A stretch of 60,176 nucleotides of DNA, taken from Spirochaetia bacterium (GTDB lineage Bacteria; Spirochaetota; Spirochaetia; DSM-27196; Salinispiraceae). Positions 39,112 through 51,594 of this stretch are shown piece after piece. A program made the translations under genes and the position numbers. The number at the start of each line of letters is the position of its first letter. Position 1 is the first letter of the stretch. The stretch is from contig JBBRCZ010000015.1 in the NCBI GenBank assembly GCA_038204425.1, positions 1 through 60,176 of the forward strand, written 5' to 3'. The notes below the pieces were generated by a model that saw only the letters and a list, made by a program, of their open reading frames with translations, ran no database searches and was not told the origin of the DNA.

Positions 39112-40293
39112 TTAGCGAGCAGCCGGCGGGTTGTTGCCAAAAATCTGCAGGCCAAGCTTGTCGAGTTCTTCGTTTTTGACCGAAAAAGATGCTGCTTGTT
39201 GGTAGTGCAACATGGCTAGGTGTCTATTGCCAGCTTTTAGTCTATTTTGGCTGACGGTAATTAGAAGCTCCAGTTGTTTGCCTATTTGGGCCTTGGTTTG
39301 CAAGGGATTGTTTTCTGAGGCAGCAATGTAGGCTCTGTATGAGTCGTCTGCCCGGCCGAGTTTCTCAAAACAATAAGCGAGTTTTTCGTAGTTGGCAGTA
39401 TTTGGAACAGTTGTTACCAAATCTTCCAAAGTACGCACCCCTTCCGAGAAGTTTTGGATAGATATAAAGGCCTGAGCCAAGAGCGTCTTGACCTGCTTGT
39501 TTTGCTCGTCGAGGCGGGCGGCTATCCTCAGGGCTTCAACGGCTTGGTTACCCTGCCCGAGTTGCGTGAAGGCGTTGGCGCGATACACAAACAGTCTTGC
39601 ATTGGCCTTAGTTTGTTCCTGATGGTTTTGAGTGAGGTTGAGCAAGTCTCGCCATCTTGCATTGGCTTCCAAAACGGGCAACACTTTGTTAAAGACCCTG
39701 TCTTTATAGCCATTTATCTCCAGAAGATATTGGTAGCTAGCCAAAGCCAAGTCAAAGTTTTTGGCCGATAGCGCCAAGGCAGAGCGTATCCACTGCGCCT
39801 CTGGGATTTTGCCAAGAGCTGACTCTGCTATATCTAATAACAAGATTATGCGAGCTGCGGATGAAACATTTCCTTCATAAAAAATGGTGGCAAGCATTAA
39901 ACTAGCACGCTCATTGTTAGCTTGGCGCAGCAAAATTTCTTCTAATAGTGGGCGAGCTTCTTTGTAGTTTTTACGAGCAAAAGCGGCTTCTGCAGCAGCC
40001 AGCATCTCAGGGACGGTTCGTTCTACAAGCGCTGGATTGCTTGTGGTCTGAGTGGTTTCTAATAGAGCAATTTGACTAGCACTAAGCCCGGTGCCGGTGT
40101 GCTTCCCTTGGTTGTTTTGGCCATTATCTGCTACGTTTGAGGCGGAAGCAGCCAGCGTAGTTGCCGTTTCTTGATCGCCTGCACGTGGAGACGGCGTACA
40201 AGCTACACCAAATATGAGCATGCTTAGGCCCACAAACAGAATTTTGAGCATAGCCTCCAGACTGCTTATCCATCTCACGCCTTGTTTTTTCAT
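39112..40293 (-). CDS. TPR lipoprotein
   Basis: GGAGGAG RBS before ATG 40293; lipobox IFGVAC; low-complexity tether; multiple TPR-like helices. Confidence 0.78.
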   Translation of the reverse strand: MKKQGVRWISSLEAMLKILFVGLSMLIFGVACTPSPRAGDQETATTLAASASNVADNGQNNQGKHTGTGLSASQIALLETTQTTSNPALVERTVPEMLAAAEAAFARKNYKEARPLLEEILLRQANNERASLMLATIFYEGNVSSAARIILLLDIAESALGKIPEAQWIRSALALSAKNFDLALASYQYLLEINGYKDRVFNKVLPVLEANARWRDLLNLTQNHQEQTKANARLFVYRANAFTQLGQGNQAVEALRIAARLDEQNKQVKTLLAQAFISIQNFSEGVRTLEDLVTTVPNTANYEKLAYCFEKLGRADDSYRAYIAASENNPLQTKAQIGKQLELLITVSQNRLKAGNRHLAMLHYQQAASFSVKNEELDKLGLQIFGNNPPAAR

Positions 40294-40501
40294 GACCGCA
40301 CTCCTCCAACAAGAATTGCCATTTGACGCCGTTATTATAACTGATTTGGTCATGATTGCAAGTCTAGTAATTACCACCACAATAGCTTGTGAGTGCCAAC
40401 TATCGCAGACGAAAAAAAACAGATTTATTTATTTGACTCTACCACGTTGTAGACAGTAATTTCTCAAAAGCGAGTGAGAATTTCACCGGAAAGGAGAATA
40501 T

Positions 40502-41344
40502 ATGAATCAGAACAGAGTAATTGTAAGTACTGGCTTCTTACTACTTATTGTAGCAGTTCTGGCGAGCGTGAGTTTCTTGATGCTGCAGTCTGTGCCAGGA
40601 TTTTCACAGATTCTGCTCATGGAACCAAGCAAAGCGTTTGAAATTTTTAGCAACAATGAGACCACAATTACAGGAGCGTCGTACCTGATGATATTGTTTG
40701 GCTTGTTGCTAATACCTTTGGCAATCTCGATGCACCATGCGATACGGTTAGGGACCGATACTTCACTAGGACTAGGTATTTTAAAGCAGCTAGCAATTTT
40801 TGCCGGTATCTTTCAGATGCTTGGTTTCATCGTTTGGTCAGTAGTGGTTCCGTACTTAGCCGCTACGTTTTTTGATCCCGCGGCTTCAGTAGCCACCAAA
40901 GACGGCGCCGCTGTCGTTTATAGCTCGGTGTCTCGCTTGTTTGGAATGGGTGTGGGCGGTTACCTGTCCGGTCTCTTGTTTAGCGCTTGGCTTGCTGGCA
41001 TTTCCATCATTCAAGCTAAGTCTGCGATCTTCAGGCCTGCAGTTGGTGTGCTTGGTATCACCGCGGCAAGTGCGCTTGTGATAGCGACATTTGCCCCGTC
41101 GACCACAAGCGAAGCTTCTATTCTGGTAACCTTTGCCACGATCAATAATATGCTTGTGGGACTATGGATGCTGGTAACAGCTTTTTACTTGTTTAGGAGC
41201 CTTGATATCCAAACCGTGGTACCCGCTCATCAATACACCTATGGCAACACTTCTCGTAAACTTGACCTCGATCCGGCTCGGACTAGTTTTGGTCGAGCTA
41301 AACTTATTCAAACGTCGAGTCAGTTTGTCCGTGAAACCCGTTAA
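40502..41344 (+). CDS. DUF4386-like polytopic membrane protein
   Basis: AAGGAG RBS; QMLGFIVWSVVVPYLA...DPAASVATK...GMGVGGYLSGLLFSAW resembles DUF4386. Confidence 0.7.
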   Translation: MNQNRVIVSTGFLLLIVAVLASVSFLMLQSVPGFSQILLMEPSKAFEIFSNNETTITGASYLMILFGLLLIPLAISMHHAIRLGTDTSLGLGILKQLAIFAGIFQMLGFIVWSVVVPYLAATFFDPAASVATKDGAAVVYSSVSRLFGMGVGGYLSGLLFSAWLAGISIIQAKSAIFRPAVGVLGITAASALVIATFAPSTTSEASILVTFATINNMLVGLWMLVTAFYLFRSLDIQTVVPAHQYTYGNTSRKLDLDPARTSFGRAKLIQTSSQFVRETR

Positions 41345-41432
41345 TGTCGCCATTTGAGAAAAAATGAACCCAAGTAAGTGGCTGCAGATAGTAGCTACCA
41401 ATTTCCTATAGAGGAAGAAAAGAGAGAAAAAC

Positions 41433-41741
41433 ATGTCTAGTACCAATAAAACAACGAGCCACATTAAGGCTTTGATTACAGATACCGAAGAGCTTTTGAA
41501 AGAAACTGCTGGAAACGCAGGAGACAAAATTCAAGTAATTCGTAAAAAAATTGAAGAAAGCCTTGCTAACGCAAAAGACAAGTTTCTGGAGTTTGAACAT
41601 GAAGCTGTAGAGAAAGTCAAAGAAGGCGCGCAAGTGGCTGATGAGTTTGTGCACAAAAACCCATGGTCATCGATTGGCATAGCGGCAGGAATAGCGGCAG
41701 GAACAGGGCTGATTATTGGCCTCGCTCTACGAAAAAAATAA
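41433..41741 (+). CDS. DUF883 family (ElaB/YqjD/YgaM-like) tail-anchored protein
   Basis: ALITDTEELLKETA...ADEFVHKNPWSSIGIAAG...GLIIGLALRKK. Confidence 0.9.
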   Translation: MSSTNKTTSHIKALITDTEELLKETAGNAGDKIQVIRKKIEESLANAKDKFLEFEHEAVEKVKEGAQVADEFVHKNPWSSIGIAAGIAAGTGLIIGLALRKK

Positions 41742-41753
41742 ATTTGAAATGGT

Positions 41754-41778
41754 GGCGGGCAAAAAGCCCGCCTGTTTT
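41754..41778 (+). terminator. Rho-independent terminator after the DUF883 gene
   Basis: GGCGGGC-AAAAA-GCCCGCC hairpin followed by TGTTTT. Confidence 0.65.
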
Positions 41779-43041
41779 GCCAGAAGCATTCTAACACCAG
41801 AAGAGTTGGACATTGTGCCCTGTTGGTTTGACAGCGCGCCGCGAGGAGGCCCCCTGGCTTGCGTTGTTGACCAAGAGTCATAATCTTATCTATAGTTGGG
41901 CCACGATGGGTGTTATAGAAAACAAGCAAAGAAACTTTACTCTAATCGGTGCTGCATTGGCGTTTATCACAATTGCGGATTTGTATCCACCTCGCGAAAG
42001 AGGAAAAATTAGCGGTGCTTTAGGCGCGGTTTTTGGCTTGGCCAGTATTTTTGGACCTCTGGTGGTGGTTTTTGACTGACAATTTTTCCAACTTTATCCC
42101 TGGAATTGCAGGTTGGCGCTGGGTCTTTTACGTAAATATTTCTGTCGGCATGCTTGCATTGTGGTTCATCTTGGCCAAAATGCCGCAACTACCGGCTCAC
42201 AACTCAAAACACAAGCTCAACTACTTGTCTTCACTATTGATGATGAGTGGGTTCCTTCCCTTAATTTTGGCTCTGCAACTCGATAAGACCCACTATCCAT
42301 GGGGAAGCAGTACTATTATTTTACTTTTAGCTTTCTCTGGTCTAATGCTTGCAATTTGGATTATCCATTCGCTTAAGAGTAAAAACCCTGTTTTAGATTT
42401 GCGCTTGTTTGCGCAAAAGGTTTTTATGACTGCCAACATCGCCACATTTTTCTACGGCGCTGGTTTTATGGGGGTAATTATTTTTCTACCTCTGTATATG
42501 GTCAATGTGCAAGGAGTAAGCGCGACCGGCGCCGGTTTAACCGTTATTCCACTCTCAATGGGCATGGTCTTTGGTGCAGTCTTATCTGGTCAATTGGCTA
42601 GTAAGCTAGGCACGTATAAATTACTCATAACACTCGGTGCCATAATTGCTTTATTCGGAAGCATTTGCATGAACATTTTTGGTCTTGGCACTCCCTATCA
42701 CCTCGCAGTTGTCATTATGATACTTACCGGTATCGGTTTGGGTCCAGCGCAAACCTTGTACTCACTCGCTATCCAAAATGATGTTAGTCAACTTGAAATG
42801 GGGCAAGCAACAAGCGCCATGAGCAAGTCTGGTGCTGGAGTAGCTTTGCCGACCTCTGGTTTACAGCTAGGCTTGTCTGCAGCCTTTGCTAGCTCACTAA
42901 ATCTCGTGTGGCTAACTATAGCTATTTCATTTGGAATTTCATTGATTTTTACCCTCCTTATTCCAGATAAGGCACTTCGAAGCAACAACATCGATCAAAG
43001 CGATTATAATCGAGTACCCATGTTCAAATTAGGAGATAGAT

Positions 43042-44706
<1,665 letters not shown>

Positions 44707-44723
44707 GGTGCCGCGACTTTTGT

Positions 44724-45992
44724 TTATATTTTGTCCATAACGTTTTGCATTTTTTCGACCATGCCGGCTGCCATGGTTGCATGCGAAACTTCGTGAATCA
44801 GAATAAATCCGCCCGTAACACGTGAATTTCTATATTCGTCGAGCGCAAGACTTTCCGACGACTTTATTTTAACACGACACAAACTATTGAGACCAATCGG
44901 CCCATCAGGTGCAAGCTCCTGATGGGTTTGTACGTCGATAACGGAGATAATTTCTTTAACCGATGCGCGCACGCGCTGGGCATGATGTTGCAGGAGAAAC
45001 TTGCCACCAGCCAAAAGCGGACTGCTGTCCATCCAACATAAGACAGCTTCAAAATCACGCGTGAAAGTAGGTTCTTGATCTATCACCACGATGGAACTGC
45101 CTCGGCCAGCATCGACATCATCAGCCAAGTGAACAATGGCAGAAAAGGGTGCTTCCACTTTTGTCTGGTCTTTGAGATTGCTTTCCAAGCGCGAAATGGT
45201 ACTGGTAAGACCGGACGGCAATATTTTTACCTTGTCACCGACCTTGTAGGTGCCTGAAATTACTTTACCTGCAAGTCCTCGGTAGTCATGCAATGTGTCA
45301 GTTTGTGGCCGTATCACGTATTGAATCTGAAATCGTGGCTGTGCAAACGGAGCGATGTCAATTTCTACTGTTTCGAGCTTTTCGAGCAAACTCGGGCCGG
45401 TAAACCAAGGCATGGCGCTTGAACGAGAAACTACGTTGTCGCCGGCAAGTGCCGACAGCGGTAAGAAACTGAGATCGTCAAAACCAAGTTGGGCAGCAAA
45501 GCTTTGGTAGTCACCCTTAATTTTTTCAAAAACGTTTTGATCGTAGTTGAGCAGATCCATTTTGTTGATGCAGACTACTAGGTGCGGAATGCGCAAGAGG
45601 CTGCACAAAATGCTGTGGCGCCTAGTCTGTTCAGTAAGGCCATTGCGCGCGTCTATTAAAATAATAGCAAGTTCACAATTGGAGGCGCCAGTAACCATAT
45701 TGCGCGTATACTGAATATGCCCTGGCGTGTCCACAATAATGAACTTTCGCTTGGGCGTTGTAAAATATTTGTAGGCAACATCGATAGTTATACCCTGCTC
45801 GCGTTCGGCACGGAGACCGTCAGTTAACAAGGCCAAGTCTATGTCTGTATCAGCTGACTTGGTCTTACTCTGCTTACTCAACGTTTGCAGAATATCGGTA
45901 GAGACTGAGTCGCTATCGTAAAGAAGGCGCCCAATTAGAGTGCTTTTTCCGTCGTCTACGTTACCACAGGTAAAGAACTTTAGCAGTTCCAT
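44724..45992 (-). CDS. cysN: Sulfate adenylyltransferase subunit 1
   Basis: GNVDDGKSTLIGRLLYDS, DGLRAEREQGITIDVAYKYF, DTPGHIQYTRNMVTGAS, NKMD, SALAGDNV; no APS-kinase domain. Confidence 0.95.
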   Translation of the reverse strand: MELLKFFTCGNVDDGKSTLIGRLLYDSDSVSTDILQTLSKQSKTKSADTDIDLALLTDGLRAEREQGITIDVAYKYFTTPKRKFIIVDTPGHIQYTRNMVTGASNCELAIILIDARNGLTEQTRRHSILCSLLRIPHLVVCINKMDLLNYDQNVFEKIKGDYQSFAAQLGFDDLSFLPLSALAGDNVVSRSSAMPWFTGPSLLEKLETVEIDIAPFAQPRFQIQYVIRPQTDTLHDYRGLAGKVISGTYKVGDKVKILPSGLTSTISRLESNLKDQTKVEAPFSAIVHLADDVDAGRGSSIVVIDQEPTFTRDFEAVLCWMDSSPLLAGGKFLLQHHAQRVRASVKEIISVIDVQTHQELAPDGPIGLNSLCRVKIKSSESLALDEYRNSRVTGGFILIHEVSHATMAAGMVEKMQNVMDKI

Positions 45993-46900
45993 TAGAAATA
46001 GCCTCCTTTTTTCCTGTCTTCCATGGCGGCTTCGCTGGTTCTATCGTCCAAGCGCGTGGCGCCCCGTTCGCTGATGCGGGCTACCCGAATATCTTCAATG
46101 ATGTCGTCAATAGTGAGGGCAGTGCTGGCAACTGCAGCTGTGCAGGTCATGTCACCAACCGTACGATAGCGCACAGCATGGTGTTGGATAACATCACTTG
46201 CATCCAAATTAAGAAACTCAGACTTAGCGACCATTTGTCCGTTGTCGGTAATGACTACTTCTCGTTGGTGGGTAAAATAGAGCGAAGGTAAGTCTATTGC
46301 TTCGTTTTTGACATAATTCCAGACGTCCAACTCGGTCCAGTTAGATATGGGAAATATGCGAACATTTTCTCCCTTAGAAATTCGACCGTTGTAAATATTC
46401 CACAACTCAGGTCGCTGTTTTTTGGGGTCCCACTGACCAAACTCGTCGCGTACCGAAAAAATTCGCTCTTTGGCACGCGCTTTTTCCTCATCGCGACGTG
46501 CGCCGCCTATACAGCAATCAAACTCAAACTCTTCGATAGCATCCAAAAGTGTGTAGGTTTGAAGTGCATTTCTACTTGGAAACTTGCCAATTGCGTCTTG
46601 CAAGCCGCGGACCTTGATGGTGTCCTGAACTTTTCTAACTATGAGTTTCTCCCCTATCTTTGCTGCTATCTCATCGCGATAGGCGAGCACTTCGGGAAAA
46701 TTATGTCCGGTATCTATGTGAACCAAAGGGAAAGGAAACTTGCCGGGCCTAAATGCCTTGAGTGCAAGATGCACTAAAGTAATTGAGTCTTTGCCACCCG
46801 AAAAAAGCAAGGCTGGTCGTTCAAATTGACCGGCCGCCTCACGAAAGATATGAATGGCCTCAGCCTCGAGAGTGTCCAGATAATCTCTGTGTTGACTCAT
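45992..46900 (-). CDS. cysD: Sulfate adenylyltransferase subunit 2
   Basis: LFSGGKDS, GGARRDEEKARAKERIFS, WDPKKQRPELW, FPISNWTELD, MEDRKKGGYF. Confidence 0.96.
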   Translation of the reverse strand: MSQHRDYLDTLEAEAIHIFREAAGQFERPALLFSGGKDSITLVHLALKAFRPGKFPFPLVHIDTGHNFPEVLAYRDEIAAKIGEKLIVRKVQDTIKVRGLQDAIGKFPSRNALQTYTLLDAIEEFEFDCCIGGARRDEEKARAKERIFSVRDEFGQWDPKKQRPELWNIYNGRISKGENVRIFPISNWTELDVWNYVKNEAIDLPSLYFTHQREVVITDNGQMVAKSEFLNLDASDVIQHHAVRYRTVGDMTCTAAVASTALTIDDIIEDIRVARISERGATRLDDRTSEAAMEDRKKGGYF

Positions 46901-46924
46901 TGTATGATAATTTCTCCGGGGCGA

Positions 46925-46953
46925 ATCTTAACAAACTAAAGCATAAGGGTCAA
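46925..46953 (-). promoter_or_regulatory. Sigma70-type promoter of cysDN
   Basis: TTGACC, 17 nt, TAAGAT, upstream of a GGAG RBS. Confidence 0.55.
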
Positions 46954-46988
46954 CATAGATCTTTCCGAACTTACAACGAGCCATAGTT

Positions 46989-47864
46989 CTACTTGAGCGA
47001 ATCAAAAGCCGCGATAACGTCAAAAAGCTCGGCGTCAATGCTACTTTTTCGTTGACGGTGGTAGCTCAGGTTAAGCTCACTGAGCAGTTGGTCAATGTTT
47101 TGGTCAGCCCGCTGCATGGCGGCCAAACGACTGGCATTCTCACTAGCCAACGATTCTGCACAAGCACGGAAAAGTGAAACGAAAAGATATTCATTAATTA
47201 GAGCGCGCAGTGTCTCGGTGCCTGAGCCTATAACCTGGGCATATCTGCCGTTTGGCCAGGACAGCTGGCCAAGACTTACCAGCCACTCTCGGTCAAGTGG
47301 CAAAAGTCGTTGCGCGAATGGCTCATAGACCGCAGCGGACTGCGGACGATTGTAGAAGAGATACAGTTCGGGTGCTTGGTTTAATTGGCGCTGGCTTTGG
47401 GTTTCTACCAGAATTTCAGCAACCAATGGGACAATACCTTCAACCGATGAAGGCAATTCAAAAAGTCCGAGCACGGATAATCCAGCATCAAGCAATCGGC
47501 CATGCACGCGCTCTCCGACGGCCCAAACTCTGCACGTTTTTGACAAACTCGTTAGTTTGTCGTGTGCAAAATCAGCAACGATGTCATTGAACTGACCGAC
47601 CAGGCCCTGATCAGAACCAAAAACAATAGCATCAATTGACTTTGAGTTCTGTTTTTTTTCTGCAAAGGGAATCGTCTGAGCCTGCTCTCGAAGACAGACA
47701 CCAAGCCCCAGTTCTATCGATCGATAATAGTCAGCCAAAGCACGTACTGAATTTTCGTATTGTCCGATGCTGGATGCTGCTACGGCTTTCATGGTGCGGA
47801 CTACAGCCCAAAGATCTTGGCCGCCTTGGATTTTGCGACGAAGGCTTTCTGCGTTGTCGTTCAT
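46989..47864 (-). CDS. atpG: N-ATPase gamma subunit
   Basis: VVRTMKAVAA, FGSDQGLVGQFN, SENASRLAAMQRA, IDAELFDVI. Confidence 0.93.
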   Translation of the reverse strand: MNDNAESLRRKIQGGQDLWAVVRTMKAVAASSIGQYENSVRALADYYRSIELGLGVCLREQAQTIPFAEKKQNSKSIDAIVFGSDQGLVGQFNDIVADFAHDKLTSLSKTCRVWAVGERVHGRLLDAGLSVLGLFELPSSVEGIVPLVAEILVETQSQRQLNQAPELYLFYNRPQSAAVYEPFAQRLLPLDREWLVSLGQLSWPNGRYAQVIGSGTETLRALINEYLFVSLFRACAESLASENASRLAAMQRADQNIDQLLSELNLSYHRQRKSSIDAELFDVIAAFDSLK

Positions 47865-47875
47865 GCCTTGCTCGT

Positions 47876-48997
47876 TTACGCTTGCCCGTAGCGGTAAGTG
47901 GCCGCCAGCCCGGTTTGTCCCGGCATTGTTGCTGCCGGTATGATCTGAACTTTACCACCCATCTTTGCGACTATTTCGGCCAGGTTTTCTAGACTTTCAC
48001 TGCCAAATTCTTCATCCAGTCGGTCAGCCTCGATTAGCAATGTCTGTACTCGTCCGTCGGCTGCGGCTTGCTCAACTTGGACCAAATCGTCGCTAGCCAG
48101 CCCTTTGGCTTTGGCTGCTAAGAAATCATCTGCTAAGCTTTTCAGTTGCGCGGCATATCCTGGTTCAAAAAGCAACCAAGCGCGCTCTCTCAACTCAGGC
48201 ACCGACAAGGAAAAAGGATCAATGTCGAGGCCTTCGGCCAACAAGTAGTGGTTGTCACTAATCTTACGGAAGTGCTTGTGATGTTCGGGTAGACAAGCCA
48301 AGATCAAGGGAAGTTTCGTCGGTCGAGAATGATGTTCCAGTACCGCTGTGTCCACCGCCCTAAAATATTTTTGCGTATCGATATCGATTTCGTTCTGCTT
48401 GTCACTGTAGCCGTGATGCGTGGCAATTGTTCCATGGCCGGTACCGGCATGGGAAGACACGGATTTCTCCGGTTCACTCAGCTCACTACCCAATGCCGAA
48501 GCTATGGTGATTGGAACGGCTGGTTGCGGAACGATCTCGTCCAAAGTATTGCGGTTTCCTTCAAAGAGCTGAATTTTGTTGATGCTCAAACAGAGAATCT
48601 GAAATCGATCAACCGATTGCAAATAACGCCGCAGTGGATTTAAATGAAAACTATCCCCCACAACAATCAAATCAGCGACTGGTCGTTGAAGCCGGAATAT
48701 CTCAAATCGGTCCTGACCGCACAGTATCGCTAAGCCTTCCCATGTATGAGCCCAGAAGTCAAAATCATCACCAAGCGCCTCAAGAGCTTTCAGACTGTCG
48801 TGCATATTTGCATCTGGATATTTCTCCAAAAGTGATAGCTTGAGCTGTTTTACACTATTGCGAAACCGGATGGGATCCTGCTGATTATCGGGGTGAGAAC
48901 GATGAGTTTCTTGATAAATGGAAAGGCATGGTCCACCATCAACCGATTCCAACGAAACCAACTTATCGTACGTTAGGGACATTTCTTTTTCTGACAT
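47876..48997 (-). CDS. baeRF3-family (aeRF1/Balon-like) protein, putative ribosome hibernation factor
   Basis: PCLSIYQETHRSHPDNQQDPIRFRN, FWAHTWEGLA, VGDSFHLNPL, YFRAVD, LPLILACLPEH, AAADGRVQTLL, MGGKV, GLAATYRY. No GGQ motif. AAAGGAG RBS lies inside the end of atpA. Confidence 0.85.
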   Translation of the reverse strand: MSEKEMSLTYDKLVSLESVDGGPCLSIYQETHRSHPDNQQDPIRFRNSVKQLKLSLLEKYPDANMHDSLKALEALGDDFDFWAHTWEGLAILCGQDRFEIFRLQRPVADLIVVGDSFHLNPLRRYLQSVDRFQILCLSINKIQLFEGNRNTLDEIVPQPAVPITIASALGSELSEPEKSVSSHAGTGHGTIATHHGYSDKQNEIDIDTQKYFRAVDTAVLEHHSRPTKLPLILACLPEHHKHFRKISDNHYLLAEGLDIDPFSLSVPELRERAWLLFEPGYAAQLKSLADDFLAAKAKGLASDDLVQVEQAAADGRVQTLLIEADRLDEEFGSESLENLAEIVAKMGGKVQIIPAATMPGQTGLAATYRYGQA

Positions 48998-50536
48998 CTA
49001 TTTCTCCTTTAGTCGAAAACCTTCTAGTGCTTCTTTTGCATTTTTTAAAATGGCTTCTCTATCTTCGTCGCTTAGTTTGAGTGTGGAGTCTAGCCGTTTG
49101 TGCAGATCCTTGGGTAGTTCATTGATGGAAAGCCGCAGGGTGTTTTCGGCTTCTTGCATGCGATCGATTGGCACTAAATCCATGAGCCCTTCTGACAAGG
49201 CAAGGAGCAGAGCGATTTGTTCTGGAACGCTTACTGGGGAAAATTCGGGCTGCTTGAGGCACTCGCGGATTCGCTTGCCGTGTTCAATAGTTGTGCGAGT
49301 TTCTTCGTCTAAGCGCGCTCCAAATCGGGAAAATGTTTCCAGCTCCTCAAACTGTGCATAGCCGAGCTTGAGATCACCGGCCACAGCTCGATAGGCTGCT
49401 CGTTGTGCCTTGCCGCCAACTCGGGAGACGGACTTACCGACGTCAACTGCCGGAAGCACGCCAAGTTCGAACAAGCTAGGTGAAAGGTACACTTGACCGT
49501 CGGTGATAGAAATCAGGTTGGTTGGAATAAAAGCAGAGATATCTTGAGACTGTGTCTCTATGATTGGTAACGCGGTTAAAGAGCCTCCACCTCGTTCTGC
49601 TCTTAGATGCGTCGAACGCTCAAGCAAGCGCGAATGGATATAGAAGATATCGCCTGGAAAAGCTTCTCGACCCGGTGGACGTCGCAACAAGAGTGACAAC
49701 TCACGGTAAGAGCGGGCATGATGAGTTAGATCATCGTATACGATCAAAACGTCGCGCCCCTTTTCCATAAAGGCCTCAGCGATGCTAGTTGCAGCGTAGG
49801 GCGCGATATACGTGAGACCCGGTGGGTCGTTTCCTTCGGTCACGACAACAACTGTGTAATCCATTGCGCCTTTTTGGCGTAGAACGGCAACTGTTTTCGC
49901 AACAGCAGATGCACGTTGCCCTATAGCGCAATATACACACAAAACTCCGCTATCCTTCTGGTTAAGAATGGTATCAATCGCAATTGCTGTTTTACCAGTT
50001 TGTCGGTCGCCAAGTATTAGCTCGCGCTGACCGCGACCGATAGGGATAAGTGCATCGATCACCTTAAGGCCAGTGGAGAGAGGTTCGGTAACTGCAGAGC
50101 GGTCCATAATGTGCGCGGCAGGTCGTTCAATGGGGAGTCGTTCGTTTGAAACTACGGCGCCCTTTTTGTCGAGCGGACGACCCAACGGATCTATGACCCT
50201 ACCAAGTAGGCCCTCGCCAACGGCTACATCCATTACCCGCCCTGTTCTCTGCACCTCATCGCCTGCGCGTAGGTTTTGGTAGTCTCCGAGCAAAACGACA
50301 CCAATTTCATCCGCATCGACATTGAATGCAATACCGAGTACATCTCCAGGGAAGCGGATCGACTCTTCAAATCCGAGTCCAGGCAGTCCCGAGACTATGG
50401 CTATGCCTGTCGAGACCCTAGTGATCGTACCTATCTCTCGTGGCTTAAGATTGGGCTCAAGTGCTGCCAACGAATTTTCCAACTGCGCAAACGCTTGATC
50501 GTAGTCAACCTTTAGGCTTTTAACGTCACTGTTCAT
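48998..50536 (-). CDS. atpA: N-ATPase (alternate F1) alpha subunit
   Basis: [53 protein letters not shown]. Confidence 0.97.
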   Translation of the reverse strand: MNSDVKSLKVDYDQAFAQLENSLAALEPNLKPREIGTITRVSTGIAIVSGLPGLGFEESIRFPGDVLGIAFNVDADEIGVVLLGDYQNLRAGDEVQRTGRVMDVAVGEGLLGRVIDPLGRPLDKKGAVVSNERLPIERPAAHIMDRSAVTEPLSTGLKVIDALIPIGRGQRELILGDRQTGKTAIAIDTILNQKDSGVLCVYCAIGQRASAVAKTVAVLRQKGAMDYTVVVVTEGNDPPGLTYIAPYAATSIAEAFMEKGRDVLIVYDDLTHHARSYRELSLLLRRPPGREAFPGDIFYIHSRLLERSTHLRAERGGGSLTALPIIETQSQDISAFIPTNLISITDGQVYLSPSLFELGVLPAVDVGKSVSRVGGKAQRAAYRAVAGDLKLGYAQFEELETFSRFGARLDEETRTTIEHGKRIRECLKQPEFSPVSVPEQIALLLALSEGLMDLVPIDRMQEAENTLRLSINELPKDLHKRLDSTLKLSDEDREAILKNAKEALEGFRLKEK

Positions 50537-51300
50537 CAGCCATCCTGTGCTTTCAGAAGATCGTCAAAACCTTCTTCTAAGTTGGAAAGATAGTCGGCTA
50601 TGCTCCATGAAACTTTTTGTCCATTGACGTTAAGTTCTACCCCACCGATTAAGTGCTCTGCCAGTTCAAAGTTAACCTTAGTTTGCGCACCAACAACCTG
50701 ATGGATTGAAGCCTCAATTGAAGTCCTCAATTGCGAAGAAATAGCGAACGCAGAACGAACAATAAGCGGTTGTGCTTGCTTTTTGAGAACGGCTGTCAGT
50801 GACTCTTTTTCCGTTTCGTCCATATTTGACAATCGCCGGTTAAAAGCATTCACCATTGGCTCTTCTAGGCTTGTTCCTGCAAGGTCCCTCAATACTTTTC
50901 GAGAAACAGCTATAACGCTGTTTTGAGTTCTTAAACTAATTTCCTTGCGTAAACTCTTTTCTTCTTCGGCTAAGGCGACTCGCCGTTTGTTGCTTAACTG
51001 GTCGGCTGCTTCTCTGGCTTCATTTAAAAGACGCGACTTTTCTGCCTGAGCTTGATCCTGAGCCTTTTTCAGAAAGTCGTCGCTTTGCTGATTGAGTTCC
51101 TTGTTTCTGCGACCGTATTCTTCCTTCTGCTTCTGCGCCTCGCCTTTTTCTGACTGAGCGTACGCCAATTTCTCGGCAATACCCTTTTCTCGCTTGTCTA
51201 TAGCATTAAGAATCGGTTTATACAAAAAGACCTTCATTAAGATAATCAGAATGATGAAGTTGACCGCCTGTGCGACGATTGTGAACCAATCTATTGTCAT
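50536..51300 (-). CDS. atpF: N-ATPase b subunit with delta-like C-terminal extension
   Basis: [15 protein letters not shown] helix, coiled coil, [22 protein letters not shown]. Confidence 0.92.
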   Translation of the reverse strand: MTIDWFTIVAQAVNFIILIILMKVFLYKPILNAIDKREKGIAEKLAYAQSEKGEAQKQKEEYGRRNKELNQQSDDFLKKAQDQAQAEKSRLLNEAREAADQLSNKRRVALAEEEKSLRKEISLRTQNSVIAVSRKVLRDLAGTSLEEPMVNAFNRRLSNMDETEKESLTAVLKKQAQPLIVRSAFAISSQLRTSIEASIHQVVGAQTKVNFELAEHLIGGVELNVNGQKVSWSIADYLSNLEEGFDDLLKAQDG

Positions 51301-51304
51301 GGCT

Positions 51305-51583
51305 CTACTTGCCTACAACAGCGATGGCATGATTCCAAAATGGATTAGCAAAGATCAGGATCATCGATACCACAAAACAATAAATGGCTGTTGATTCGAT
51401 CATAGCCAGACCGACGAATAAAGTTCGAGTAATGGTTGCAGAAGCATCAGGTTGTTGTGCCAGAGAACCTAATGCTTTCGCGACCGCTCGGCCTTCTGCT
51501 AGTGCTGGACCCATGGTCCCAAATCCTGTTGTGATTCCGCCTATTATAATTGACGCTACTGCAATAATAGTCATGCTATCCAT
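51305..51583 (-). CDS. atpE: N-ATPase c subunit, Na+-binding type
   Basis: GPALAEGRA (helix-1 Glu), AQQPD loop, MIESTAIY (ESTxxY). Confidence 0.95.
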   Translation of the reverse strand: MDSMTIIAVASIIIGGITTGFGTMGPALAEGRAVAKALGSLAQQPDASATITRTLFVGLAMIESTAIYCFVVSMILIFANPFWNHAIAVVGK

Positions 51584-51594
51584 ACGTATCTCCT

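Noticed and set aside
41679..41702. Perfect 12-bp duplication (IAAG x2) in the DUF883 TM anchor
   Set aside because: Real but in frame and minor; no evidence of function.
47876..48997. The inserted gene as a peptide release factor or an ATPase delta subunit
   Set aside because: It has no GGQ motif and no resemblance to delta/OSCP.
50536..51300. Missing atpH as a sign of operon decay
   Set aside because: Absence of a separate delta and an extended b subunit are normal for N-ATPases.
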